The position numbers were made by a program, and so were the translations under genes. A stretch of DNA of 36,164 bases from Nitrospinota bacterium (GTDB lineage Bacteria > UBA8248): positions 1-36,164 of the forward strand of contig JAYGFR010000127.1 of assembly GCA_046581755.1 (NCBI GenBank). The letters are read 5' to 3'. Below are positions 1 to 8,124 of this stretch, piece after piece. The notes under the pieces were generated by a model, which was not told the origin of the DNA, did no database searches, and worked only from the letters and a program-made list of their open reading frames with translations. How positions within the stretch are numbered: position 1 is the first letter of the stretch; each line of letters starts with the position of its first letter.

Positions 1-1
1 G

Positions 2-319
2 AAATTTTTTACAATGCACGCGAAATGCCCTCGGTGCGGATTTGTGCACGAGCGGGAACCGGGCTATTTCAATGGGGCCATAACCATCGGCATGGCGGCT
101 ACCCTTTTGATCGTCATTGCGGGACACTGCCTCGCGCTTTGGCTCTTCGAGCCCCGGCTCATCTCCCGGATGATATTCTGGGGGCTGTTCTCCGTCGCCA
201 TTCCGGTGCTTTTCTTTCGCCTCTCCAGGGGTCTTTGGATGAACATCGACTACTGCATCACCGGCCCGTCGGACCCCCACGAAGAGTCCTCCAAAGGGAT
301 TTCGGGGAAAAATTCATGA
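2..319 (+). CDS. DUF983-family small membrane protein (5' end probably outside the window)
   Basis: KFFTMHAKCPRCG...EREPGYFNGA followed by two hydrophobic helices and a ...RGLW motif. The frame is open to the window edge, and the stop overlaps the next ATG (ATGA 316-319). Confidence 0.7.
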   Translation, partial: KFFTMHAKCPRCGFVHEREPGYFNGAITIGMAATLLIVIAGHCLALWLFEPRLISRMIFWGLFSVAIPVLFFRLSRGLWMNIDYCITGPSDPHEESSKGISGKNS

Positions 320-1275
320 CCTCCCCCGTCCTCGAAGTCCGGGAGCTTCGCCACGCCTACGGGGAGCGGATCGCCCTCGACGGGATCAGCTTCGAGGTGG
401 CGGAGGGGGAGATTTTCACCCTCCTCGGCCCCAACGGCGGGGGAAAGACCACCCTGTTCCGGATTCTCACCACCCTGATGGCCCCGGGGGGCGGCGACGC
501 CCGGATATTTGGCCACTCGATCCTCTCCGGCACGGCCCCGATACGGAAAAAGATCGGCGTCGTTTTCCAGGAGCCCAGCCTCGACCCCAAGCTGACCGCG
601 CTGGAGAACATGATCCACCACGGCCATTTTTACGGGATGCGCGGCCGCCCTCTCCGCAGCGAAGCCATGGCCCTTCTGGACACCTTCGGCCTCAAGGATC
701 GCGCGGGCGATCTCACCGAAACGCTGTCCGGCGGCCTGCGGCGCAGGGTCGAGCTCGCCAAGGCCCTTCTGCCGGGCCCGGCGCTCCTTTTCGCCGACGA
801 GCCGAGCACCGGCCTCGACCCGGGCGCGCGCCTGGAATTCGCCGCCGAGCTTCAGCGCCTTCGCGCCGAGCGCGGAACCACCGTCGTCCTGACCACCCAT
901 TTCATGGAAGAAGCCGACCGCTCCGACCGGGTGGGCATCCTCCACGAGGGGAACCTGGTCGCCCTCGGCGAACCCGAGAAGCTCAAGGAAAGCGTGGGCG
1001 GAGATGTCGTCGTCATCCAGACCCCCGATCCCGAATCCCTGAGTGGAAAGCTCAAAGAGCGCTTTGGCCACGAGGCCCAGGCCGTGGACGGCTCCGTGCG
1101 CATCGAAATTCCCCGCGCCCATGAATTCAGTCCGCGCGTGGTGGAGACCTTCCCGGGAGAGGTGAAATCCCTCAGCTTCGGGAGACCCACCCTGGAGGAT
1201 GTCTTCATCCAAAAAACGGGCCGGAAATTCTGGGATGCCCAAGAGGAGGAAGCTTCCCGGGAGGATCGAAAATGA
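316..1275 (+). CDS. ABC transporter ATP-binding subunit (DrrA/NodI-like)
   Basis: Walker A GPNGGGKTT, signature LSGG, Walker B LLFADEP, H-loop TTH, C-terminal PTLEDVF. Start placed at the ATG overlapping the upstream stop. Confidence 0.95.
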   Translation: MTSPVLEVRELRHAYGERIALDGISFEVAEGEIFTLLGPNGGGKTTLFRILTTLMAPGGGDARIFGHSILSGTAPIRKKIGVVFQEPSLDPKLTALENMIHHGHFYGMRGRPLRSEAMALLDTFGLKDRAGDLTETLSGGLRRRVELAKALLPGPALLFADEPSTGLDPGARLEFAAELQRLRAERGTTVVLTTHFMEEADRSDRVGILHEGNLVALGEPEKLKESVGGDVVVIQTPDPESLSGKLKERFGHEAQAVDGSVRIEIPRAHEFSPRVVETFPGEVKSLSFGRPTLEDVFIQKTGRKFWDAQEEEASREDRK

Positions 1276-2054
1276 GCCTGTTTCTCCTTTCCGCCGGTAC
1301 GCTCTGGCAGCGCGAAATCGTCCGTTTTCTGCGCCAGCGGAGCCGCATCGTCGGAGCCCTCGGTCAGCCCATTCTCTTCTGGCTTCTCCTCGGCGCGGGA
1401 TTCGGAAATTCGTTCCGCGCGCCGGAGGGCGGCGGCTCGGGCAACTATCTCGAATATTTTTATCCGGGCATCCTGGCCATGGTCATTCTCTTTACCGCTA
1501 TTTTCGCCACCATCGCCGTCGTCGAGGACAGAAAAGAGCGTTTTTTGCAGGCCGTCCTCGTCGCGCCGGCCCCCCGCGCCGCCATCGTCCTGGGCCAGGC
1601 GCTCGGGGCGACAACCCTCGCCCTCTTGCAAGGCCTGATTCTTCTTGCGGCGGCCCCGCTCGCGGGAGTGCCGCTCACCCTGTCGAGTGCCGCGGCCACG
1701 GCCGGCATCATGGCCCTCATCGGGTTTGCCTTGACCAGCCTCGGGCTCATCTTCGCCTGGCGGCTGGACTCCACCCAGGGATTTCACTCCATCATGAACC
1801 TGGTCCTGCTTCCGCTCTGGCTCCTCTCCGGAGCCGTTTTCCCCGCGCTGAGCGCCCACCCGATGCTCGGTTGGGTAATGAAAATCAACCCGCTCACCTA
1901 CGGCGTCGCCGCCCTCCGCCGCACGCTCTACGCGGCCCAGCCGGGCGCGTTGGACCACCTGCCCGGGCTCGGCGTATCGGTGGCCGTCACCGTCCTCTTC
2001 GGCCTCGCCGCCTTCATGGCCGCCGTCCGCTACGCCAGCCGGAGCGATGGATAA
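1272..2054 (+). CDS. ABC-2 type transporter permease
   Basis: WQREIVRFLRQRSR, YFYPGIL, LSGAVFP and NPLTYGV motifs, about 6 TM segments, ATGA overlap with the ATPase gene. Confidence 0.92.
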   Translation: MSLFLLSAGTLWQREIVRFLRQRSRIVGALGQPILFWLLLGAGFGNSFRAPEGGGSGNYLEYFYPGILAMVILFTAIFATIAVVEDRKERFLQAVLVAPAPRAAIVLGQALGATTLALLQGLILLAAAPLAGVPLTLSSAAATAGIMALIGFALTSLGLIFAWRLDSTQGFHSIMNLVLLPLWLLSGAVFPALSAHPMLGWVMKINPLTYGVAALRRTLYAAQPGALDHLPGLGVSVAVTVLFGLAAFMAAVRYASRSDG

Positions 2055-2147
2055 TCGAACCCCAACGAAAGATGAACGATCCGAAATTTCGGCCGGTTCG
2101 GTGAAATTGGAATCGAAGGGATGAGCGCCGGAAAACCCTGAGAAAAC

Positions 2148-2480
2148 CTACTTCAACCCTGCCACATGCCGCGCCAGGCGGTCGAGCGCTTTGCCCCGAA
2201 TAAAGGGCAGGGCTGGCATCTTCAGGCTGCCTTTTTGAATCTGTTTCTTGATATGGGCGAGCGGAAGATTCCGGCCCCGAAGCGGGGGCGTCAGGTTCGG
2301 GATGCCCTCGCCGAGCTTGCCGTGGCACCGGGCGCAGGAGCGCCCGAAGATGGCGGGGCCGTCCATGGACGCGAACGCGCCGGGATCTCCGGAAAGACCC
2401 CCCTGGCTTTTGATCAAAAGAAACGCTATCAGCAAAACGCCGGCGATGCAGAATCCGACGGCCAGAATTATTTTGTTCAA
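2148..2480 (-). CDS. Membrane-anchored monoheme cytochrome c
   Basis: N-terminal hydrophobic helix, CARCH heme-binding motif, downstream KMP (likely axial Met). TTG start. Confidence 0.85.
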   Translation of the reverse strand: MNKIILAVGFCIAGVLLIAFLLIKSQGGLSGDPGAFASMDGPAIFGRSCARCHGKLGEGIPNLTPPLRGRNLPLAHIKKQIQKGSLKMPALPFIRGKALDRLARHVAGLK

Positions 2481-2498
2481 TGAACCAGAGCCTTTCGA

Positions 2499-3821
2499 TC
2501 AGGCGCCATGGCCACCAAGGGGCAACGGGCGGTGGAGAAAAGGCCTCGCGCCCTCGCCCTCGTACTCCGAGACCGTATGGCCCTCGCCGGTGAGAAGGTA
2601 CTTGTAAATCACCAGCCCCTCGAGGCCCACCGGGCCGCGCGCGTGGATTTTGTCGGTGGCGATCCCCACCTCGGCGCCCAGGCCGAAGCGGTAGCCGTCG
2701 GCGAACCGCGTCGAGGCGTTCCACATGACGCTGGCCGCGTCCACGCGGGCGAGAAACGATTCGGCGGCGCTCTCGTCCGCCGTCACGATGGCCTCGGTGT
2801 GGCGCGAGCCATGGCGGTTGATATGACGGATGGCCTCGTCCAGATCGTCCACCACCCGGACCGAAAGAATCAGGTCGAGATACTCGGTCTCCCAATCCGC
2901 CTCCGATGCGGGAACGGCATCGGCGATAATCTCCCGGGTCCGCTCGCAGCCCCTCAGCTCCACCCCTTTCGCCCGGAGGGCTTCGGCGGCCCGGGGCAAA
3001 AATTCGCGCGCCGCATCCCGGTGTACGAGAAGTGTCTCCACCGCGTTGCATACGGCGACATACTGGGTTTTGGAATCCACCGTCAGGTTGACCGCCATAT
3101 CGAGGCCAGCGGCCTTGTCCACATAGATATGGCAGATTCCGGCGGCATGCCCAAGGACGGGAATTTGCGAGTGCTCCTTGATGTAGCTGACAAACTCGTT
3201 GCCGCCCCTGGGGATGATCAAATCGATGGAATCTTCCCGGGAAAGGAGGGCGTGAATGTCCTCGCGCGCCTCTACGAGCTGAACTGCATCGGCGGGAACG
3301 CCCCCCGATCCGGCCAGCGCCCGGCGGAGGGTATCCGCAAGCGCGCGGTTGGTGCCGAGCGCCTCGCGGCCCCCTTTCAGCACGGCGGCGTTGCCGGATT
3401 TGACGCAAAGAGAAGCGATCTGGACCAGCGCGTCCGGGCGCGATTCAAAAATGGCGGCGATGACGCCGAGGGGACAGGCCACCCGGCGGAGGCGGAGGCC
3501 TTCGTCCATGAGCACGGCGTAACTCACCCGGCCCAACGGATCGGGAAGGGCCGCCACCGCCCGGACGCCCCGGACCATATCGGCGATTTTGGCTTCGGTC
3601 AGGACCAGCCGCTCGAGAATGGGCTGGGACATCTCGCCGGCGGCCACCTCTTTCTCGGCCGCCTCGGTGTCGGCCGCATTGGCGGCGAGGATGGCATCCG
3701 CATCGGACTCGATGGCCACGGCCATGGCCTCGAGGGCGCGGTTGCGCTCATCCGCCCCCATGGGAGCGAGCAACAGAGCCGCCTCGCGCGCCGCGCCGCA
3801 AATTGCGTCAATATCCGCCAT
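2499..3821 (-). CDS. proA: Gamma-glutamyl phosphate reductase
   Basis: PLGVIAAIFESRP, KSGNAAVLKGG, IIPRGG, GICHIYVD, CNAVETLL, NASTRFADG, GLGAEVGIAT and HARGPVGL motifs. GAGGA RBS before ATG 3821. Confidence 0.97.
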   Translation of the reverse strand: MADIDAICGAAREAALLLAPMGADERNRALEAMAVAIESDADAILAANAADTEAAEKEVAAGEMSQPILERLVLTEAKIADMVRGVRAVAALPDPLGRVSYAVLMDEGLRLRRVACPLGVIAAIFESRPDALVQIASLCVKSGNAAVLKGGREALGTNRALADTLRRALAGSGGVPADAVQLVEAREDIHALLSREDSIDLIIPRGGNEFVSYIKEHSQIPVLGHAAGICHIYVDKAAGLDMAVNLTVDSKTQYVAVCNAVETLLVHRDAAREFLPRAAEALRAKGVELRGCERTREIIADAVPASEADWETEYLDLILSVRVVDDLDEAIRHINRHGSRHTEAIVTADESAAESFLARVDAASVMWNASTRFADGYRFGLGAEVGIATDKIHARGPVGLEGLVIYKYLLTGEGHTVSEYEGEGARPFLHRPLPLGGHGA

Positions 3822-3893
3822 GCCTTCTGTCCTCAATCGGCGCGGGCCGGGGACCATCCCCTCCGCCGGGTCCGGCCCACGGGCAAGGCCCAG

Positions 3894-3923
3894 ATTATAG
3901 AGCCAGCCGCGATGCCCCGGCAA
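3894..3923 (-). promoter_or_regulatory. Putative sigma70 promoter of proA
   Basis: TTGCCG-N18-TATAAT on the minus strand upstream of proA. Confidence 0.5.
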
Positions 3924-3927
3924 ATTC

Positions 3928-4827
3928 TCACACCCGCCCGGACGTTCGCCATTCCTTCCAGCGCGTTTCGATGTAATCGACGATGATGGATGCGATTTCG
4001 CCGCCGCCCGTGCGCTCGAACCCCTCGATGCCCGGCGCGGCGTTGACCTCCAGCACCATCAACTCTCCGCCCGCCCGAAGGAGATCCACCCCCGCGATAT
4101 CGAGACCACACACCCCGGCCGCACGCTCGGCCAGAATCGCGGCCCGCCGGGTCAGCCGGGCGGGGCGGGCCGATCCCCCCCGGTGGAGGTTGGAACGGAA
4201 TTCGCCTTTCGAGGCGCGCCGCCGGACGGCCCCAACGGCCTTTCCGCCCACGACGAGAACGCGCAGGTCGGACCCTTTGGCCTCCCGGACAAACTCCTGG
4301 ACGATGACGTCGTGCTCGAGCGCCCACATGGCGTCCGCGATGGACTGCGCCGCTTCGAGGGTTTCGGCCATCATGACTCCGCGCCCCTGGGTGCTCCTTG
4401 GAAGTTTGATCACCGCGGGGGGGCCACCGACCGCTTCGAGCGCGCGGGGCAGATAGGCCGGATCGGGCGCAAAGGCGGTGCGGGGAGTGGGAAGCCCGGC
4501 CTGGACGAGAAGTTGAACCGTTCGGAGCTTGTCCCGCGCGATATCCAGCGCACCGGCGGCGTTGATCACGAGCCGCCCCGAAACCCCCAGATGGCGCACG
4601 AGGGCGAGGGAATGATTCGAAATCCCGGCGCCCAGGCGGGGCATGAAAACATCCGCCCCGCCGAAGGGTTTTCCCTCAAACTCGAGGGCGGCCACGCCGC
4701 CGGCGGCCTTGAGGAGAAACCGGTAGGGATCCATGATCCGGACGCGGTGGCGGCGGCGGCGCGCTTCCTCGGCGATGCGCCGGACGCCGTGCAAGGTTTC
4801 ATCCCGGCAAAGAATGGCGAGTCGCAA
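3928..4827 (-). CDS. rimK: RimK-family ATP-grasp alpha-L-glutamate ligase
   Basis: ARDKLRT, IKLPRSTQGRGV, VQEFV, DLRVLVVG, FRSNLHRGG, GVDLL and LEVNAAPG motifs. Confidence 0.9.
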   Translation of the reverse strand: MRLAILCRDETLHGVRRIAEEARRRRHRVRIMDPYRFLLKAAGGVAALEFEGKPFGGADVFMPRLGAGISNHSLALVRHLGVSGRLVINAAGALDIARDKLRTVQLLVQAGLPTPRTAFAPDPAYLPRALEAVGGPPAVIKLPRSTQGRGVMMAETLEAAQSIADAMWALEHDVIVQEFVREAKGSDLRVLVVGGKAVGAVRRRASKGEFRSNLHRGGSARPARLTRRAAILAERAAGVCGLDIAGVDLLRAGGELMVLEVNAAPGIEGFERTGGGEIASIIVDYIETRWKEWRTSGRV

Positions 4828-4969
4828 CCGATTGTCCTTTCAGGTTCTGGTACAACGTATGGGACACACCGCCGGTTCGGGCCGCTCCATCCGCCGGGCA
4901 TTTATTCGGATCGCGCCGGCGAAACAACCGAATAGGCGCATTTTCATTCCCCGTCAATGAGGAGCCGTC

Positions 4970-6385
4970 ATGCCGACCGCACCGTCCACGGCGAGCGAAA
5001 CCCTTTGCCGGTTTTGCGAGGAACTCCGCTTCGAAGATATACCGCCCGAGGTGATCGAGAAAGCCAAGCTGCTCACCCTCGACCTGCTCGGCATTTCGCT
5101 GGCCGCACGGGCCGATCCGATCGACGTTCCGATACGGGCGGCGGCGCGTGCCATGGACGGCGGAGGCAACGGCGATGCCGACACCGGGCCTTGCAGCGCC
5201 GTGGGGGAGACGCGAAAAATGCCGGCCCTGAGCGCAGCGTTTTTGAACGCCGCCCTGGGCCACTCTCTCGATTTCGACGATACGCATTCGAAGTCGATCA
5301 TCCACACGGCAGCGCCCGTCGTCCCTCCGGCCTTGGCCGCGGCGGAGGGGTTCCGCAAAAGCGGCCGCGAGATGCTCCGCTCCATCACCGCCGCCTTCGA
5401 GGGAACCATCCGGATCGGGTTGGCCGCGCCGGGGAGGTTTCACGCACGGGGGTTTCACATGACCTCCATCGCGGGGACATTCGGCGCCGCCCTGGCCTAC
5501 GGACCCATGGCCGGGCTGAAAGGCCGCCGGCTGGTTTCCGCCCTCGGCATCTGCGGCAGCATGGCCTCCGGGCTGTTCGAATACTTGGAGGACGGCAGCC
5601 CGGTCAAGGTGCTTCACCCGGGCTGGGCGGCGCATTCGGGAATCATGGCCACTGTCCTGGCGGGGGGAGATTTCGGGGGGCCGGCCAGCGTTTTTGAGGG
5701 CCGCTTCGGGCTGCTCCGGAGCCACCTGAGCGGGGAGGATTTCGATGCGGAGGCCCTGACGGAGGGGCTCGGGGAGCGCTGGGAAACCCTGGCCACCGGC
5801 TACAAGCCCTATCCATGCGGCCACGTCATTCACGCCTTCCTCGACGCCGCCCTCCGGATTCGGGAGGAGGGGGGCTTCGCGCCCGAGGGTATCGAATCGG
5901 TGACCTGCCATGCGGACAAGGTGGCGATCGACCTGGTGCTAGACCCGATCGAGGCCAAGCGCCGGCCCCGCACCCACTATGAGGGGAAATTCTCGCTCCC
6001 CTACTGCCTGGGTAGCATCTTCGTCCGGGGACGGTTGACCCTGGACGACTTCACCGATGAAGCGGTCCGGGACGAGCGGGTCCTCGCGGCCGCCGCGAAG
6101 GTGGATTACCGACAGGATGACAGCATGGACTCTCTCAATTTTTTTCCGGGGAAAATCGAGGTGCGCCTCAAGGGCGGGAAAACTTTTGCCGCCGAGGAAA
6201 AACATCAGCGCGGATGCGCAGAAAACCCGATGGCCCCGGTCGAGGTCCAGAAGAAATTCATGCAAAACGCGCAGCGCAGCCTCCCCGCGGCCCGGGCGGA
6301 GGAGGCGATGGACCATGTTCTGAACCTGGATGTGCTGAGCGGCGTCGCACCCCTGACCGGCTTGTTGCGCGAGGCGGGCCGGTAA
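4970..6385 (+). CDS. MmgE/PrpD family protein
   Basis: HSLDFDDTH, GFHMTS, FEGRFG, KPYPCGH and KFSLPYC motifs. Confidence 0.92.
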   Translation: MPTAPSTASETLCRFCEELRFEDIPPEVIEKAKLLTLDLLGISLAARADPIDVPIRAAARAMDGGGNGDADTGPCSAVGETRKMPALSAAFLNAALGHSLDFDDTHSKSIIHTAAPVVPPALAAAEGFRKSGREMLRSITAAFEGTIRIGLAAPGRFHARGFHMTSIAGTFGAALAYGPMAGLKGRRLVSALGICGSMASGLFEYLEDGSPVKVLHPGWAAHSGIMATVLAGGDFGGPASVFEGRFGLLRSHLSGEDFDAEALTEGLGERWETLATGYKPYPCGHVIHAFLDAALRIREEGGFAPEGIESVTCHADKVAIDLVLDPIEAKRRPRTHYEGKFSLPYCLGSIFVRGRLTLDDFTDEAVRDERVLAAAAKVDYRQDDSMDSLNFFPGKIEVRLKGGKTFAAEEKHQRGCAENPMAPVEVQKKFMQNAQRSLPAARAEEAMDHVLNLDVLSGVAPLTGLLREAGR

Positions 6386-6413
6386 AAAAAAGCAGCCCCG
6401 GATTCGAGGCCGC
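6384..6413 (-). terminator. Intrinsic terminator closing the sigma54 operon
   Basis: Minus strand GCGGCCTCG-AATC-CGGGGCTGC stem (two G-U pairs) followed by T8, just past the USP stop. Confidence 0.75.
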
Positions 6414-6438
6414 TCGATGGTGCGCCTCGCGCGGCGGG

Positions 6439-6897
6439 CTATGCCGCCGGAGCGAGCTTATCTTTTGGCTGTACGGTGAGGATCGTGGCGCCGACCTTCC
6501 TGGCCAGCCGCCGGGCGTATCTTGCCATTCCGGTGTGGCGCTCCAGCCATCCGCTTCCGCTTCCTCCGAGGATGACGAGCCCGATCCGGTCCCGCCGCAC
6601 GGATTCCGCGATGACGGGCAGCGAATCTCCGAACTCAACAGACACGCTGACCTCGAGTCCGGCCGCTTCGAGCTTTTCCTTGAACGGAAGAAGATAGTCC
6701 AGCCCCGCCTGCCTGCGCACGGCGGTGTAACGCTCGGCGTAGAAAGCAAACCCTTCGAGTTGGCGCATCCGCACCGAAGAAGCTTCCACCGAGATCAAGT
6801 GGACGGATTTCACCGAAGAGGCGAATGCAACCGCTTCGTCCACGGCCGCCTCGGCGCTTTCGGAACCATCCAGGGGAATCAGAACTTTCGTATGCAT
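6439..6897 (-). CDS. Universal stress protein (UspA family)
   Basis: KVLIPLDGSESAEAA N-terminus, GD..VIAE...IGLVILG and ILTV C-terminal strand. AAGGA RBS. Confidence 0.88.
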   Translation of the reverse strand: MHTKVLIPLDGSESAEAAVDEAVAFASSVKSVHLISVEASSVRMRQLEGFAFYAERYTAVRRQAGLDYLLPFKEKLEAAGLEVSVSVEFGDSLPVIAESVRRDRIGLVILGGSGSGWLERHTGMARYARRLARKVGATILTVQPKDKLAPAA

Positions 6898-6961
6898 CGC
6901 ATTTTCCTTTTCATCGCCCTCGGTGGGGGCATCCCAAATTCGTTAAAAATTCTTTCCGCCT

Positions 6962-7099
6962 CTAAATCAGCGGAAAATACCCGTTCAGGGCCAGGAACCT
7001 CCTAGCCTCCAGCGTGCTCGAATACTCGTCACCCTCGGACGAAATCAGCACCACCAGCGTAAATATCGCGGCGATGGCCGCCCATCCCAGCCACTCCAT
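6962..7099 (-). CDS. 45-aa single-pass membrane peptide (below the ORF-track cutoff)
   Basis: AAGGAG RBS, then MEWLGWAAIAAIFTLVVLISSEGDEYSSTLEARRFLALNGYFPLI*. It fills the gap between the 87-aa ORF and the USP gene. Confidence 0.6.
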   Translation of the reverse strand: MEWLGWAAIAAIFTLVVLISSEGDEYSSTLEARRFLALNGYFPLI

Positions 7100-7119
7100 T
7101 GCGCCTCTCCTTTTCGGGT

Positions 7120-7383
7120 CTAAGCGGCCCGGTGATAGTTGAAATCGTCCTCGTACAAGGAGTTGGCAAGCCGCCTATGTGCACGCTCCTCCTCGGCCGT
7201 ATCCTCGGCTGTCTCCTCGAAAATCGGGCTCTCCGTCCGAATCCTCCTCCCGAGGACCCGGCCCCAAAAATTCGGGCGATTCGCCCCCGAAGCCCCAGCG
7301 CCCTTCGCATCCATCCGATGGGTGGCGCCCCTCACGGCCACCGGCATGAGCAAATCAACCAAAGCCATTCCCCAAAATATCAT
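7120..7383 (-). CDS. Orphan 87-aa protein, first gene of the sigma54 operon
   Basis: AAGGAGG 7 nt before ATG 7383 and directly downstream of the sigma54 promoter. No recognised domain. Confidence 0.65.
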   Translation of the reverse strand: MIFWGMALVDLLMPVAVRGATHRMDAKGAGASGANRPNFWGRVLGRRIRTESPIFEETAEDTAEEERAHRRLANSLYEDDFNYHRAA

Positions 7384-7524
7384 CACGTTTCCTCCTTCAT
7401 TCACCCTCCATGGACCCGTTCGGGTCCAATATTTTGATATCGGTGGGGGATGAACAATTGCTGACTCGATTTTGAACCGAAACGTTCAACCCCTTTCACA
7501 CCTACCTCTTTCATGACCTACATA

Positions 7525-7540
7525 AGCAACCCGGGTGCCA
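7525..7540 (-). promoter_or_regulatory. Sigma54 (-24/-12) promoter
   Basis: TGGCAC-CCGGG-TTGCT, an exact match to TGGCAC-N5-TTGCW. A bEBP gene lies 0.6 kb away. Confidence 0.9.
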
Positions 7541-7568
7541 AATCCGTAAAATAAAATATTCGTATATT

Positions 7569-7581
7569 TATCAATTATTTA
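7569..7581 (+). promoter_or_regulatory. IHF binding site
   Basis: TATCAATTATTTA matches WATCAA-N4-TTR, has an A/T tract 5' of it, and lies between the -24 element and the candidate UAS. Confidence 0.75.
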
Positions 7582-7627
7582 TAATGGCTTTCAGGACATA
7601 TGAAGCGGATGGAGACGCTACCCTGAC

Positions 7628-7665
7628 ACGATATATCGTATTTTAATTATTTATCGGAATTTCGT
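7628..7665. promoter_or_regulatory. Candidate upstream activator sequences for the GAF-AAA+ activator
   Basis: Perfect palindrome ACGATATATCGT (7628-7639) and related TCGGAATTTCGT (7654-7665), about 115-150 bp upstream of the predicted start site. Confidence 0.5.
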
Positions 7666-7797
7666 ATGACAATTATCCCCATTTAATCTGCAAAAACCGA
7701 TTCCGCATATTTGTAACCCGGATTACTGCCCCGAAACGGGACACGTGCCATCTTGAACATCAGAGGAATTTTGCTCTAGGGATAGGAGGCGACGGAA

Positions 7798-8043
7798 ATG
7801 TGGACCATTAATATTTTGCGATTGGGCCAGAACCGCCTGATAGATATGATCAGAGGGTGGGTTTTTGGAGAAATTTCATTCCAAAAATCGCTGCCATTCC
7901 ATAAACACGCCGGATTGGCGGAACACAACTACTGGGTATTTCACCGAAAAACCAAATCCGAGAACGACATGATAGCGGCTGAGACGATGGCGGAGGATCC
8001 GGAAGTCATCAAGGCGTTTGAGGCGGTTATGGAAGCCAATTAG
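7798..8043 (+). CDS. Orphan 81-aa protein
   Basis: AGGAGG RBS before the ATG. Fills the gap between the sigma54 control region and the 3' end of the activator gene. Confidence 0.55.
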   Translation: MWTINILRLGQNRLIDMIRGWVFGEISFQKSLPFHKHAGLAEHNYWVFHRKTKSENDMIAAETMAEDPEVIKAFEAVMEAN

Positions 8044-8124
8044 TCTTTATCGAGTGAGACGTTCAATGCTTGATTCCGTTTTTCGGGATTTCAGCGCAAA
8101 TAGAACCGGGGACGGGTTCGGCGT

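Noticed and set aside
7736..7750. TGGCAC on the minus strand as another sigma54 site
   Set aside because: There is no TTGC at the -12 position.
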